From: Kiritimatiellia bacterium
Lineage (GTDB): Bacteria > Verrucomicrobiota > Kiritimatiellia > RFP12 > UBA1067
DNA: 64,000 nt
Direction: 5' to 3'
NCBI GenBank assembly: GCA_045536845.1
Contig: JAZSOG010000025.1
Location: forward strand, 159,993-223,992
The position numbers and the translations under genes are program-made. The first letter of the stretch is position 1. Each line of letters opens with the position of its first letter. The notes under the pieces were generated by a model. It was given only the letters and a program-made list of their open reading frames with translations, did not search any database and was not told the origin of the DNA. Of this stretch, positions 34,374 to 50,607 are shown in pieces.

Positions 34374-35759
34374 ATGACGCGTTCCCGCGAGGCATGGATT
34401 CTCTTCCTGGCGACGCGTGTCGTCGGTCTCGCGGTAGATGCCGCAGTAATCGGCTTTGCCTATCTCTGCGCGTTTGCGCTAAGGTTCGACTTCCAGGAGC
34501 CGACGTCGCTCGGCGGGTGGGGAACAGTCGCGCGGCTCTACGTGACTGTTTGTGCCGTCCACCTCGCTTCGCTCCTGTTCTTCGGCTGCTATCGCCTCGC
34601 GTGGCGCAGGATACGCGGGAGCGAGCTCCCGCAGTATGTTGGCGCGATGATGTTTGCTTGCGGCGTCCTGACGCTGATGCGGTATTTCCTGCCGAATGTT
34701 TCGCTTTCGCATATCCGCCCGCCTTATTCCGTGACGGTCATATCGTTTTTCCTCGGCACGATAGGCATTATTGGTGTCCGTGTCCTATGGCGCGTCTATT
34801 GGACGAGCCGCGTGAGGGAAGACGAGCTCTTGGAGCGCAATGTAAAGCACTTTGACGGTGCGGCGGCGCGGAAGTTCCTCGCCGACAAGGTCGTTATGGT
34901 GACTGGCGCGGGCGGGTCTATTGGCTCGGAGATCGTTCGCCAGGTTGCGGCCGCGGGCGCAAAGAAAATACTTATGGTCGAGCGCGGCGAAAACGCTCTT
35001 TACGAAATCGACCGCAGGATACACGACTCGCGGTGCGTTCCTCTCATGTACGACATCAACGACCGCGGCAAGATGGAGTCGCTTTTCGCCGCCGAGAAGC
35101 CGGAAGTCGTTCTCCACGCGGCGGCGTACAAGCATGTTCCGATGGTCGAGATGAACCCAGAGGAGGGGTGGCGCAACAACACCGAGGCGACGAAGTTGCT
35201 TGCGGAGCTTTCTGCCGCGCACGGCGTCAAGAGGTTTGTCCTTATTTCGACTGACAAGGCGGTGAACCCCGTTTCAGTCATGGGCAAGACGAAGCTCGCC
35301 GCCGAGCAGGCGATTATGGCTCTGAACAACTCCCCCACTCCTCCACTCCCCCACGCCCCCACTTCTTTTTGCGCCGTCCGCTTTGGCAATGTCTTCGGCT
35401 CGTCGGGTTCGGTCGTGCCGCTTTTTAAGGAGCTTATCGCAAAGCGACTCCCGATTACCGTGACGCATCCCGACATGAAGCGGTACTTTATGACGACTGA
35501 GGAGGCGGTGTCGCTCGTCCTTCAGGCGGCGTCGCGCGACGAGAGGGCGATTTATACGCTCGACATGGGCGAGCCGGTGAAGATTCTCGACCTTGCGGAG
35601 GGTATGATAGAGCAGGCGGGCTACCGCCCATACGTTGACATCCCGATTGTGTTTACGGGTATTCGCCCCGGCGAGAAGCTTTTCGAGGAATTGGACGTCT
35701 CAGAGCGATCTTGCTACAAGACGGATATGGCGAAGATCTACATTACAAAGGGTGTTTGA
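34374..35759 (+). CDS. membrane-bound polysaccharide biosynthesis protein CapD/WbpM/PglF-like (NDP-sugar 4,6-dehydratase/epimerase)
   Basis: 4 N-terminal TM helices; Rossmann VMVTGAGGSIGSEI; YKHVP... SDR-extended motifs. Confidence 0.85.
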   Translation: MTRSREAWILFLATRVVGLAVDAAVIGFAYLCAFALRFDFQEPTSLGGWGTVARLYVTVCAVHLASLLFFGCYRLAWRRIRGSELPQYVGAMMFACGVLTLMRYFLPNVSLSHIRPPYSVTVISFFLGTIGIIGVRVLWRVYWTSRVREDELLERNVKHFDGAAARKFLADKVVMVTGAGGSIGSEIVRQVAAAGAKKILMVERGENALYEIDRRIHDSRCVPLMYDINDRGKMESLFAAEKPEVVLHAAAYKHVPMVEMNPEEGWRNNTEATKLLAELSAAHGVKRFVLISTDKAVNPVSVMGKTKLAAEQAIMALNNSPTPPLPHAPTSFCAVRFGNVFGSSGSVVPLFKELIAKRLPITVTHPDMKRYFMTTEEAVSLVLQAASRDERAIYTLDMGEPVKILDLAEGMIEQAGYRPYVDIPIVFTGIRPGEKLFEELDVSERSCYKTDMAKIYITKGV

Positions 35760-35788
35760 CGCCGAGTTTTGGGGATTTGGAGGGGGAA

Positions 35789-36268
35789 ATGATGCATCCT
35801 AAGTTCAAAAACGAATACAATCTGCCGGGGCGCGAGCTTCTGCCGCACCGCGAGCCGTTCCTTTTTCTCGACCGCCTTATTTCGGCCGATGAGACTGGCT
35901 GCCTTGGCGAATATACGTTCACTGAGGAGAAAAACGACTTTTTCAAGGGTCATTTCCCGGGTGCGCCGGTCGTTCCCGGCGTAGTCCTCGTCGAGTCGAT
36001 GTGCCAGTGTGCCGGTGCTGGGATAGTCGCCCAGAACGTCATGGGGGGGATGGATCGCGACAGGAAGAATCGTTTCGTCCTCGCGGCGGTCTCGTCCGCC
36101 AGGTTCCGTCGTCCCGTTGTCCCTGGTGACACTTTCACAATTGTGGCCGAGAACATAAAGGCGCGTTCACGCATAAGGACTTTTGCGGTCAAGGGATATG
36201 TAGGCGACGAAATTGCCGCGGAATGCGAGATAACCTGCCTTCTCGACACCCGTCCAGTGACGTGTTAA
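35789..36268 (+). CDS. fabZ: 3-hydroxyacyl-ACP dehydratase
   Basis: LPHREPFLFLD...GHFPGAPVVPGVVLVESMCQ hot-dog fold signature. Confidence 0.85.
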   Translation: MMHPKFKNEYNLPGRELLPHREPFLFLDRLISADETGCLGEYTFTEEKNDFFKGHFPGAPVVPGVVLVESMCQCAGAGIVAQNVMGGMDRDRKNRFVLAAVSSARFRRPVVPGDTFTIVAENIKARSRIRTFAVKGYVGDEIAAECEITCLLDTRPVTC

Positions 36269-36300
36269 CCTTGGCTAAACCCTTCACATTTGGGGCAAGA

Positions 36301-36311
36301 TTTGGTATATT
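36301..36311 (+). promoter_or_regulatory. -10-like TTTGGTATATT upstream of nifJ
   Basis: TGgTATATT variant; RBS AAAGGAAC; ATG 36356. Confidence 0.4.
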
Positions 36312-36355
36312 AACCTTCACGTTTTCTGATTTCACAACCAAAGGAACAAAGCAAA

Positions 36356-39937
<3,582 letters not shown>

Positions 39938-40067
39938 GCGCAGCTCATCCTCCGAAGCCGCCGTTAGGCGCGAAGGAGGATTGAACCAAAACGAAGGCGT
40001 GGCACTTGTTGCCGCGCCTTCGTTTTATGGTATTCTTCCCGGCTGCAGGATTGCGGCGGGGGTGGGG

Positions 40068-40079
40068 TTTTGATATAAT
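40068..40079 (+). promoter_or_regulatory. extended -10 promoter TTTTGATATAAT upstream of mannitol-DH-family gene
   Basis: TGaTATAAT; ATG 40105. Confidence 0.5.
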
Positions 40080-40104
40080 TTGCACGGCAAAACGAAAGGA
40101 ACGC

Positions 40105-41241
40105 ATGGAAACGAAGATATTGCAGTTTGGCGAGGGGAACTTCCTCAGGTGCTTCATCGACTGGATGGTCCAGAAGATGAACGACAATGCCGGTTTCGAC
40201 GGCGCGGTCCAGATAATTCAGCCAATCGGCGACGAGCTCTGTGTTCCAGCGAAGATCCTGAACGACCGCGGCGGAAAGTACCACACTTGTCTTCGTGGCA
40301 TCATCGGCGGCAAGACCGTCGAGGAGATTGAGGAGATTTCCTGCGTCAAGGGCGTCGACATTCCGGCGAACGTCGAGAAGTACGCGACGATTCCGTCGCT
40401 CAGGTTTGTCGTTTCCAACACGACTGAGGCGGGCATTCAGTATGTAAAGGGTGAGAACACCTTCCCGGCGAAGGTCCTGCGGCTCCTGCGGGCCCGGTTT
40501 GCCGCGAAGCTGCCCGGCCTCGTCTTCATTCCGTGCGAACTCATCGAGCACAACGGCGACAATCTCAGGAAGTGCGTTCTCCAGCATCTTGCCGATGAGC
40601 CGGATGCCGCGCTTGGCGAGTGGATCGAGAAGGAGTGCGTCTTCTGCTCTACGCTCGTCGACCGCATAGTGGCGGGCCGTCCCGATCCCGAGTCAGCCGC
40701 GCGCTATGCCGAGCAGCTTGGCGAGAAGGATGATGTTCTCGTCTGCGGCGAGCCGTTCCACTTCTTCGTCGTCGAGACTCCCGTCGGCTTCGATCTTGAA
40801 AGCGAATTTCCGCTCAAGGCGGCCGGTGTCAACGTCGTCTACACGCCCGACATGCAGCCCTACCGCACGCGCAAGGTGCGCTTTTTGAACGCGACGCACA
40901 CGACGATGGTGTACCGCGGGCTCGAGAAGGGCTTCACCGAGGTCGCGCAGTGCATCGCAGACCCCGAGTTCAACAAGTTCGTCCGCCAGGTGATCTTCGA
41001 CGAGATCTTCCCGACGGTGAACCTCCCTGACGCGGAGAAGAAGGAGTACGCCGAGAGCGTCCTCGAGCGCTTCGCCAATCCCTTCGCCCACCACCAGCTC
41101 AAGTCGATCGCGCTCAACACGATCGCGAAGTGGAAGACGCGGTGCCTCCCTGTCGTCTGCGACTACTACAAGCTCTACGGCAAGCTCCCGGCCGCGATGA
41201 TCGAGGGCTACGAGGCCATTGCCCGCCACTACGACGCATAG
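40105..41241 (+). CDS. mannitol dehydrogenase-family oxidoreductase (tagaturonate/altronate reductase UxaB-like)
   Basis: N-terminal ILQFGEGNFLRCF dinucleotide-binding motif characteristic of this family; 378 aa. Confidence 0.6.
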   Translation: METKILQFGEGNFLRCFIDWMVQKMNDNAGFDGAVQIIQPIGDELCVPAKILNDRGGKYHTCLRGIIGGKTVEEIEEISCVKGVDIPANVEKYATIPSLRFVVSNTTEAGIQYVKGENTFPAKVLRLLRARFAAKLPGLVFIPCELIEHNGDNLRKCVLQHLADEPDAALGEWIEKECVFCSTLVDRIVAGRPDPESAARYAEQLGEKDDVLVCGEPFHFFVVETPVGFDLESEFPLKAAGVNVVYTPDMQPYRTRKVRFLNATHTTMVYRGLEKGFTEVAQCIADPEFNKFVRQVIFDEIFPTVNLPDAEKKEYAESVLERFANPFAHHQLKSIALNTIAKWKTRCLPVVCDYYKLYGKLPAAMIEGYEAIARHYDA

Positions 41242-41256
41242 TCGGGAAAAACGACA

Positions 41257-43236
41257 ATGAAAACTGCAAAGACATCTGCGGCGGCGAGGTTCTACCTTGC
41301 TGCCATATTTTCCGTTTCGGCGCTCTGCTCGTTCTGCGCGGAGGACAAGATCTGGGACGACCGTCCAGGCGACAAATGGGAGAATTCGTGGTATCCTCTC
41401 GGCAACGGCCGTCTCGGCTGCATGGTCGACGGCGGCGCGCGGAAGCTCCGCATACAGTTCAACGTCGACTCCCTCTGGACCGGCGACAAAAACCTGACAA
41501 AGGACATAGGCGACGACCGGGCGGACGCGAACTACAACACGATGGGCGCGTACCAGAACTTCGGCGAGCTTGAGATCGAGCTCCCAAAGCTTCCCGATGG
41601 CGAGATTACTGAATACCGTCGCGAACTCAACCTCTCCACGGCTACATATTCAGACAGGTTCAAGGTCGGAGCCATTGCCATTCGCCGCAGGATATTCGTA
41701 AGTGCCCCTGCCGACGCGGTATTCATCGAGACATACATGGACCCAGGCGACAAGCCAGGAGCCATCGAACAGAGTATCTCAATCAATGGTGCGCATGGAG
41801 AACCGAAGGAGACGTCTTCGCTGAACGGTAATCCCGTGCAGTTGTCGGGGCGGCTTGCAAATGGTCTCGAGTATGCTGCTCGTGCTGAGTTCATGGCGCT
41901 CGGTTCCAAGCTCCAATCGGTCGTCGTGCTTAGGGCGGCAACGGGAAAAACGCTCTTTTCTTCGGTAAAGCGGGAGTGGTTCGACAAGATTCTCGCCCGC
42001 CATGTTGCGGACTACAGGAAATACTATGACCGCATGACGCTTGACCTCGGGAAGGGCGACATGACCGTTCCGACACGTGAGCGGCTCGCGCGTGTAAAGA
42101 AAGGCGGCAAGGATCCCGCGCTTATCGCGCTTATGTTCAACTTCGGGCGCTACCTTCTCATTTCCGGCTCGCGTCCGGGCACGCTCCCCGCGAACCTGCA
42201 GGGAATATGGAACAACTCAAACAAGCCTGCCTGGCACTGCGACTACCACACGAACATCAACATCCAGATGAACTACTGGGGCGCGGATTCGGCGAACCTC
42301 TCCGACTGCTTCACGCCGCTTTCCGACTGGATGATGAAATCTCTCCCAGTCGCTGAGGCGGGCACTCGCGCGGCCTTCCCGAACTCGAAGGGCTACGCCT
42401 ACCGCACGAGCGCGAACGCCGTTGGCGGCGGCGGCTGGCGCTGGAACTTCGCGGGCGCGCCGTGGCTCGCGGCGCAGTGCTACGACCACTGGCTATTCAC
42501 TCGCGACATGAAGTACCTAAGGGAAGTCTGCTGGCCTCTTATGAAGGGCGCGGCGGAGTTCATGATCTCGACGCAGCTCAAGGAGCGTCCCGACGGCACG
42601 ATCGTCGTGAAGGACGGCTGGAGCCCCGAGCATGGCCCTCGCGAGGACGGCGTTGCGCACGACCAGCAAATCATGCGCGAGCTTTTCCGTTCGATTATCG
42701 CCGCGGCGAAGGAACTTAAGATCGACGACGCGTTCGTGAAGGAGGTCGCGCGCATAGAGCCAAAGCTCCTGAAGGACAAGATCGGCAGCTGGGGCCAGCT
42801 CCAGGAATGGGAGACCGACCGCGACAAGAAGGGCGACCAGCATCGCCACACGAGCCACCTCTACGCCGTGTATCCCGGTTCTACGATTTCGCCCAAGGCG
42901 ACGCCCGAGCTCGCCGAGGCGGCGAAGGTCGCGCTTGCGGGCCGTACCTTGACGGGCGATTCGCGCCGTAGCTGGACCTGGCCGTGGCGTGCCGCTCTCT
43001 GGGCGCGCCTCGGTGAGGGCGACAAGGCGGGCGAGATGCTAGATTCCCTGCTCCGCTACAACACCCTCGACAACATGTTCGCGACGCACCCGCCGTTCCA
43101 GATCGACGGCAACCTCGGAATGGTCGCTGCCGTGTGCGAAATGCTTATGGAGAGGGCCATTCCCTCCTCCTGGCCCCACGGCTCCGCTAAGGGCCTCCGG
43201 ACCCGCGAAGGCAAGGTTATAGACGTAAATTGGTAG
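41257..43236 (+). CDS. glycoside hydrolase family 95 (alpha-L-fucosidase-like), secreted
   Basis: Signal peptide; GH95 N-terminal motifs SWYPLGNGRLGCMV and RIQFNVDSLWTG; ...QIDGNLG near C-terminus. Confidence 0.75.
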   Translation: MKTAKTSAAARFYLAAIFSVSALCSFCAEDKIWDDRPGDKWENSWYPLGNGRLGCMVDGGARKLRIQFNVDSLWTGDKNLTKDIGDDRADANYNTMGAYQNFGELEIELPKLPDGEITEYRRELNLSTATYSDRFKVGAIAIRRRIFVSAPADAVFIETYMDPGDKPGAIEQSISINGAHGEPKETSSLNGNPVQLSGRLANGLEYAARAEFMALGSKLQSVVVLRAATGKTLFSSVKREWFDKILARHVADYRKYYDRMTLDLGKGDMTVPTRERLARVKKGGKDPALIALMFNFGRYLLISGSRPGTLPANLQGIWNNSNKPAWHCDYHTNINIQMNYWGADSANLSDCFTPLSDWMMKSLPVAEAGTRAAFPNSKGYAYRTSANAVGGGGWRWNFAGAPWLAAQCYDHWLFTRDMKYLREVCWPLMKGAAEFMISTQLKERPDGTIVVKDGWSPEHGPREDGVAHDQQIMRELFRSIIAAAKELKIDDAFVKEVARIEPKLLKDKIGSWGQLQEWETDRDKKGDQHRHTSHLYAVYPGSTISPKATPELAEAAKVALAGRTLTGDSRRSWTWPWRAALWARLGEGDKAGEMLDSLLRYNTLDNMFATHPPFQIDGNLGMVAAVCEMLMERAIPSSWPHGSAKGLRTREGKVIDVNW

Positions 43237-43282
43237 AAGCGCAAATTTTGCGTAAAATTCGCACTTGAAAGCTGAGACACAT

Positions 43283-43294
43283 TTTCGGTATAAT
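43283..43294 (+). promoter_or_regulatory. -10 promoter TTTTCGGTATAAT upstream of fusA
   Basis: ATG 43332 with AAAGGGAAAG RBS. Confidence 0.45.
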
Positions 43295-43331
43295 ATACGC
43301 TCATTTTGCAAAGAAAGGGAAAGACTGAAAA

Positions 43332-45434
43332 ATGGCTAAGCGCGACATTCCGCTCGATCACGTGAGGAACTTCGGCATCATGGCGCACATTGACGGTGGC
43401 AAGACCACTACGTCGGAGCGCATCCTCTACTATTCCGGCAAGAACTACAAGATCGGCGAGGTGCATGACGGCGCCGCGACGATGGACTTCATGGTCCAGG
43501 AGCAGGAGCGCGGCATCACGATCCAGTCCGCCGCTACGTGCGTTCAGTGGGGCGACTACCGCCTCTCGCTGATCGACACTCCCGGACACGTGGACTTCAC
43601 GGCCGAAGTCGAACGTTCGCTTCGCGTCCTCGACGGCGCTGTCGCGCTCTACTGCGCGGTCGGCGGCGTGCAGCCCCAGTCCGAGCAGGTGTGGCGCCAG
43701 TCCGAGAAGTACAAGGTGCCGAAGATTGCGTTCGTCAACAAGATGGACCGCGTCGGCGCGAACTTCTACAGCGTCATGGAGCAGATGAAGAACCAGCTCG
43801 GCGCGAACCCGGTTCCGGTCGTCATCCCGATCGGCGCGGCGGAGTCGTTCGAGGGTGTCATCGACCTCATCAAGATGAAGGCGCTCTACTTCGACATGAA
43901 GAGCCTCGGCAAGACGGTCCTCGAGAAGGACATCCCCGAGGAGTACGTCGAGAAGGCGAAGGAGTGGCGCCAGAAGATGCTCGAGTCGGCGGCCGAGCAG
44001 GACGACGCGCTCATGGAGAAGTTCTTCGCGGGCGAGGAGCTCACGAACGAGGAGATCGAGATGGGCCTCCGCAAGGGCTGCCTCTCTCGCGCCATCACCC
44101 CCGCGTTCTGCGGCACGGCGTTCAAGGACAAGGGCATCCAGCCGCTCCTCGACGGCGTGTGCAAGTATCTTCCCTCCCCGCTCGACACGGGCGCTGCGGT
44201 TTCGCAGGACAACCCCGACGAGAAGCGCGAGGTCAGCGACGACGAGCCTTTCTGCGGTCTTGCGTTCAAGATCATGAACGACCCCCGCTCCGGCGGCAAG
44301 ATCACGTTCGTGCGCGTTTACTCGGGCACGATGAAGCTCGGCGCCGAGATGCTCGACTCCACGATCAACAAGGAGCAGCGCATTTCCCGCCTCTTCCGCA
44401 TGCACGCCGCCAAGCAGGAGCCTCTTGACGAAGCCCACGCCGGCGACATCGTCGCGTGCGTCGGCCTCGCCGAGACGCGCACGGGCGACACGCTCTGCGA
44501 CCCCGAGCATCCGATCACGCTCGAGTCGATCGACTTCCCCGCGCCCGTCATCTCGGTCGCCGTCAAGCCAAAGAGCCGCGGCGACAACGAGAAGCTCGGC
44601 GTCGCGCTACACGCGCTCGCGATGGAAGACCCGACCTTCGTCGTCAGCTTCGACCAGGAGACTTCCGAGACGATCATCGCCGGCATGGGCGAGCTCTACC
44701 TCGAGGTCATCGTCGACCGTCTGAAACGCGAATTCAACGTCGAGTGCGACGTTGGCGCTCCTCAGGTTGCGTACCGCGAGACGATCACCGTTCCCGTCGA
44801 CAACGAGTACAAGCACGTCAAGCAGTCCGGTGGTCGCGGCCAGTACGCGCACGTCTGCCTCAAGCTCGCCCCGCAGGAGCCCGGCAAGGGCTTCGAGTTC
44901 GTCAACGAAGTCAAGGGCGGCGTGATTCCGACGGAGTACATCCCGGCGGTCGAGAAGGGCGTCAAGAAGGCGCTCGAGTCCGGCCCGCTCGCTGGCTTCC
45001 CGGTCGTGGACGTCAAGGCGACGGTCTACTTCGGTTCTTACCACGAAGTCGACTCGAACGAATTCGCGTTCATCACCTGCGCGATGCAGTGCTTCAAGCA
45101 GGCGTTCATGAAGGCGAAGCCTCAGCTTCTCGAGCCGATGATGGACGTCGAGGTTGTCGTTCCCGAGCAGTACATGGGCGCGGCGAACGGCTCGATCAAC
45201 CAGCGTCGTGGCCGCATCGAGGGCATGGAGGACCGCACGGGAGTCAAGCTCCTCAAGGCGACGGTTCCGCTCGGCGAAATGTTCGGCTACTCGAACGCGA
45301 TCCGTACGGTCACCCAGGGCCGCGGCTCGTTCACGATGATCTTCAAGCAGTATGAGCCTGTCCCGAAGAACATCGCTTCCGAGGTCGTCGAGAAGCGCAT
45401 CAAGGAAGGCAAGGTCCGTCCGATGGCCGACTAA
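43332..45434 (+). CDS. fusA: translation elongation factor G
   Basis: [21 protein letters not shown]1 motif, DTPGHVDF, 700 aa EF-G layout. Confidence 0.95.
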   Translation: MAKRDIPLDHVRNFGIMAHIDGGKTTTSERILYYSGKNYKIGEVHDGAATMDFMVQEQERGITIQSAATCVQWGDYRLSLIDTPGHVDFTAEVERSLRVLDGAVALYCAVGGVQPQSEQVWRQSEKYKVPKIAFVNKMDRVGANFYSVMEQMKNQLGANPVPVVIPIGAAESFEGVIDLIKMKALYFDMKSLGKTVLEKDIPEEYVEKAKEWRQKMLESAAEQDDALMEKFFAGEELTNEEIEMGLRKGCLSRAITPAFCGTAFKDKGIQPLLDGVCKYLPSPLDTGAAVSQDNPDEKREVSDDEPFCGLAFKIMNDPRSGGKITFVRVYSGTMKLGAEMLDSTINKEQRISRLFRMHAAKQEPLDEAHAGDIVACVGLAETRTGDTLCDPEHPITLESIDFPAPVISVAVKPKSRGDNEKLGVALHALAMEDPTFVVSFDQETSETIIAGMGELYLEVIVDRLKREFNVECDVGAPQVAYRETITVPVDNEYKHVKQSGGRGQYAHVCLKLAPQEPGKGFEFVNEVKGGVIPTEYIPAVEKGVKKALESGPLAGFPVVDVKATVYFGSYHEVDSNEFAFITCAMQCFKQAFMKAKPQLLEPMMDVEVVVPEQYMGAANGSINQRRGRIEGMEDRTGVKLLKATVPLGEMFGYSNAIRTVTQGRGSFTMIFKQYEPVPKNIASEVVEKRIKEGKVRPMAD

Positions 45435-45458
45435 CGGCCTTCCCCACGGATGAAAAAC

Positions 45459-45492
45459 CGGCCGCGGCACATCTGCCGCGGTCGATTTTTTT
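45459..45492 (+). terminator. Rho-independent terminator of fusA
   Basis: CCGCGGCA-CATC-TGCCGCGG stem-loop followed by TCGATTTTTTT. Confidence 0.8.
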
Positions 45493-45995
45493 ATCCGCAA
45501 GGCGGTGGCGCGTCCGCGGAGGGGAGAGTTTCGGCTTAAGGTGGGAAATCGCCGCACCGCCCGATGGCTCGCGGGGCTCGCGTTTTGTAGCGAGCCAAGC
45601 CGAGCGAAGCGAGTGCCGAGCCGTGCCTCGGCGTCTATCACTGGTTGCGTGCGCAAGTCACTCTTACGCCTGCGACCTTCCGCCTGCCTCACCCGCGACC
45701 ATCGGCTCGGCTTGGCGATAGCCTTGTGGCAGAAAAACACATGCCGCCGAAACACCCCCTCCGCTCCCGCGCAATTTGCCGGGCCGAAAGGCTGAGGAGC
45801 GTCGAACCGATGGTCTAAGCGTAGCGCAGGCCTCGCTATCGGGCGGCGCGACGATAGCCATAAAACACACTGTGCTGTCAACGAGAACAAGGTGGCGAAA
45901 TTGGGTTGTCAGAAAAGGTGGGTGGGTGTTCCTAACTGGGTATAAGCGCAAGAATGGGCTTGCGCACAATAGAAAGGCGCATCGAAAATAGCGCT

Positions 45996-46025
45996 GTGGG
46001 GTCAAGCTCTGGCCCCATTTTTTTT
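45996..46025 (+). terminator. Rho-independent terminator ending the fusA-yceD intergenic transcript
   Basis: TGGGGTC-AAGCTCT-GGCCCCA followed by TTTTTTTT, immediately before yceD TGGTATAAT promoter. Confidence 0.6.
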
Positions 46026-46033
46026 GGTATAAT
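46021..46033 (+). promoter_or_regulatory. extended -10 promoter TTTTTGGTATAAT, near-leaderless yceD (ATG 46042)
   Basis: overlaps T-tract of preceding terminator. Confidence 0.5.
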
Positions 46034-46041
46034 ATTGGCCA

Positions 46042-46497
46042 ATGGAGACAAAACTGACAATAGACACGTCGCGCGTCGATCCCGAGGGCGAGGAGCTCGA
46101 GGGCGAAGTCGACTGCGTTGACCTCGACGAGCCGTTCGTGAAGCCGTTCGGCGGCGTCCGCTATGTCCTCCATGCCCAGGTCTTTGGCTCGGAACTTCTC
46201 GTGAGGGGCCGTCTTGAGCAGGACTTCGACCTCGTGTGCAGCCGTTGCGGCAAGGATTTCGATGACACGATCAAGGTCGAGGACTTCACGGCGTCCTTTG
46301 AAATCAACGAGGATTCGCCAGAGGTCGATTTGACGGAAGAGCTAAGAGAGAGTATAATACTCACCCTACCGACATACCCGGTCTGCGACGAGACCTGCCC
46401 GGGAGTCGAACAGACGGTCGAAATGCCGTCAGACGATCGGTGGAACGTGCTCGACAGTTTGAACAAGCAAGGAGAAAGAGAAAATGGCAAGTCCTAA
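46042..46497 (+). CDS. yceD: YceD/DUF177 family protein
   Basis: Acidic 151-aa protein with CSRCGKDF...PVCDETC Cys motifs, immediately upstream of rpmF-plsX as in many bacteria. Confidence 0.8.
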   Translation: METKLTIDTSRVDPEGEELEGEVDCVDLDEPFVKPFGGVRYVLHAQVFGSELLVRGRLEQDFDLVCSRCGKDFDDTIKVEDFTASFEINEDSPEVDLTEELRESIILTLPTYPVCDETCPGVEQTVEMPSDDRWNVLDSLNKQGERENGKS

Positions 46498-46666
46498 GAA
46501 TCGTGTGTCCAAGCGCCGTAAACGTGAGCGTGTAGCTTCCCTCGAGAAGCCCATCCTCGCCCAGATCGGCACCTGCCCCGAGTGCGGCGCGGCCGTCCGT
46601 TCCCACCGCGCATGCCCCAAGTGCGGCACCTACAAGGGCCGCAAGGTCGCCGCTGCGGCGAAGTAA
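46484..46666 (+). CDS. rpmF: 50S ribosomal protein L32
   Basis: MASPKNRVSKRRKRER...CPECGAAVRSHRACPKCGTYKGR. Confidence 0.9.
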   Translation: MASPKNRVSKRRKRERVASLEKPILAQIGTCPECGAAVRSHRACPKCGTYKGRKVAAAAK

Positions 46667-46690
46667 GACTCTTCCGGGAGATTTCCGCAT

Positions 46691-47745
46691 ATGACGCGGA
46701 TTGCTCTTGATGCAATGGGTGGCGACCACGCCCCCGGCGAGATAGTCGTCGGTGCGGTTGAGGCCGCCGTCGGGATCCCTGGCGTCAAGGTCCTGCTCGT
46801 CGGGCAGCTCGCGCCGATACAGGCCGAGCTCGACAAGCTCCCCAAGGACCTCAAGAAGTCGGCGCAGCTCGCGATCGAGCATGGTACGCTCGAGATCGTC
46901 CATGCGCCTGATGTCGCGGAGATGGATGAATCGCCGGTCGACGCCGTCCGCAAGAAAAAGGACTGCTCGATCAACGTCGCGATGCGCCTCGTAAAGGAAG
47001 GCCGCGCCGACGCTTTCGTGTCGGCCGGCAACTCCGGCGCAGTTGCGACGAGCGCAATCTTGACTCTCGGGCGAATCCCGGGCGTCAAGCGTCCTGCAAT
47101 CGCGACCGTGATGCCCAACAGGACGCCCAAGCGTCCGCTTCTCGTCCTCGACGCTGGCGCGAACATGGACTGCCACCCCGAGTGGCTCGTCCAGTTCGCG
47201 ATCATGGGCAACGCCTACTCGAAGGCCGTCTTGAGACGCACTACTCCTGCCGTCGGCCTTATCTCGATCGGCACCGAGGACTGCAAGGGCAACGAGATGA
47301 CGAAGCAGACCTTCCCGCTCCTCAAGGGAGTGAAGGACCTCAACTTCGTCGGCAATATCGAAGGCAAGGACCTCTATAAGGGCCAGATCGACGTCGCGGT
47401 CTGCGACGGCTTCGTCGGCAACGTCGTCCTCAAGACGACCGAGTCGATTGCGAAGGCCATCGGCTACTGGCTCAAGCGCGAGTGCTTCCGCGGGCCTTGG
47501 CGCGTTCTTGGCGCGCTTCTCCTCAAGGGAGCGTTCCGCGCGCTCAAGAAGCAGCTCGACCCCGAGATATACGGCGGTGCGCCTCTTCTTGGCGTTCCTG
47601 GCGCCGTCATCATCGGGCACGGCAGCTCTTCGCACAAGGCAATTTACTACGCCGTAAAGGCCGGCGTCGCTGCGGCGACCAACGACGTGTCTGGGCTAAT
47701 CGAGAAAGCGATCGCCACGCACGCCGAAGATCAGAAGCAGCAGTA

Positions 47746-47746
<1 letters not shown>
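46691..47746 (+). CDS. plsX: phosphate acyltransferase PlsX
   Basis: [16 protein letters not shown]...GNSGAV...DAGANMDC PlsX signature. Confidence 0.9.
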
Positions 47747-50349
<2,603 letters not shown>

Positions 50350-50361
50350 CGGCCTTTCCCG

Positions 50362-50607
50362 ATGAAGGCACTTGCGACACTTTTTGCCCTTGCCGCGGCG
50401 TCTGCGTTCGCCGCGCCCGAGGTCGACATTGTGCTCAGGCCCTTCGTCCCGCGCTCTGCGCCGACGAACGAGGTGGTGCTGGACGGCGTGCTTTACCGCG
50501 ACGGGAGAGGCCGCATCGGAGCGGACACCCTCCTGCGGTACGATATGCTCGTCGGCGCAAGCAGGGTTGCTTTCCGTCCGTGCGCAAAGAAGGGAGATGC
50601 AAAGTGA
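50362..50607 (+). CDS. small secreted hypothetical protein
   Basis: 81 aa, signal peptide MKALATLFALAAASAFAAPE; stop overlaps next GTG start. Confidence 0.35.
   Translation: MKALATLFALAAASAFAAPEVDIVLRPFVPRSAPTNEVVLDGVLYRDGRGRIGADTLLRYDMLVGASRVAFRPCAKKGDAK

Noticed and set aside
43236-43270. Possible terminator after GH95 gene (CGCAAATTTTGCG)
   Set aside because: The stem would leave a loop of at most 1-2 nt and there is no T-tract, so it is not a credible intrinsic terminator.
45770-45860. Partial resemblance to TPP riboswitch (GGCTGAGGAG...GAACCGATGG...GCGTAGCG)
   Set aside because: Only fragments of the THI-box consensus are present, the P3/ACCC elements are missing, and no thiamine gene lies downstream. 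The region is kept only as a generic structured-RNA candidate.
43056-45890. Two long minus-strand ORFs (43056-44510, 44607-45890) antisense to fusA
   Set aside because: Shadow ORFs over a highly conserved EF-G gene.
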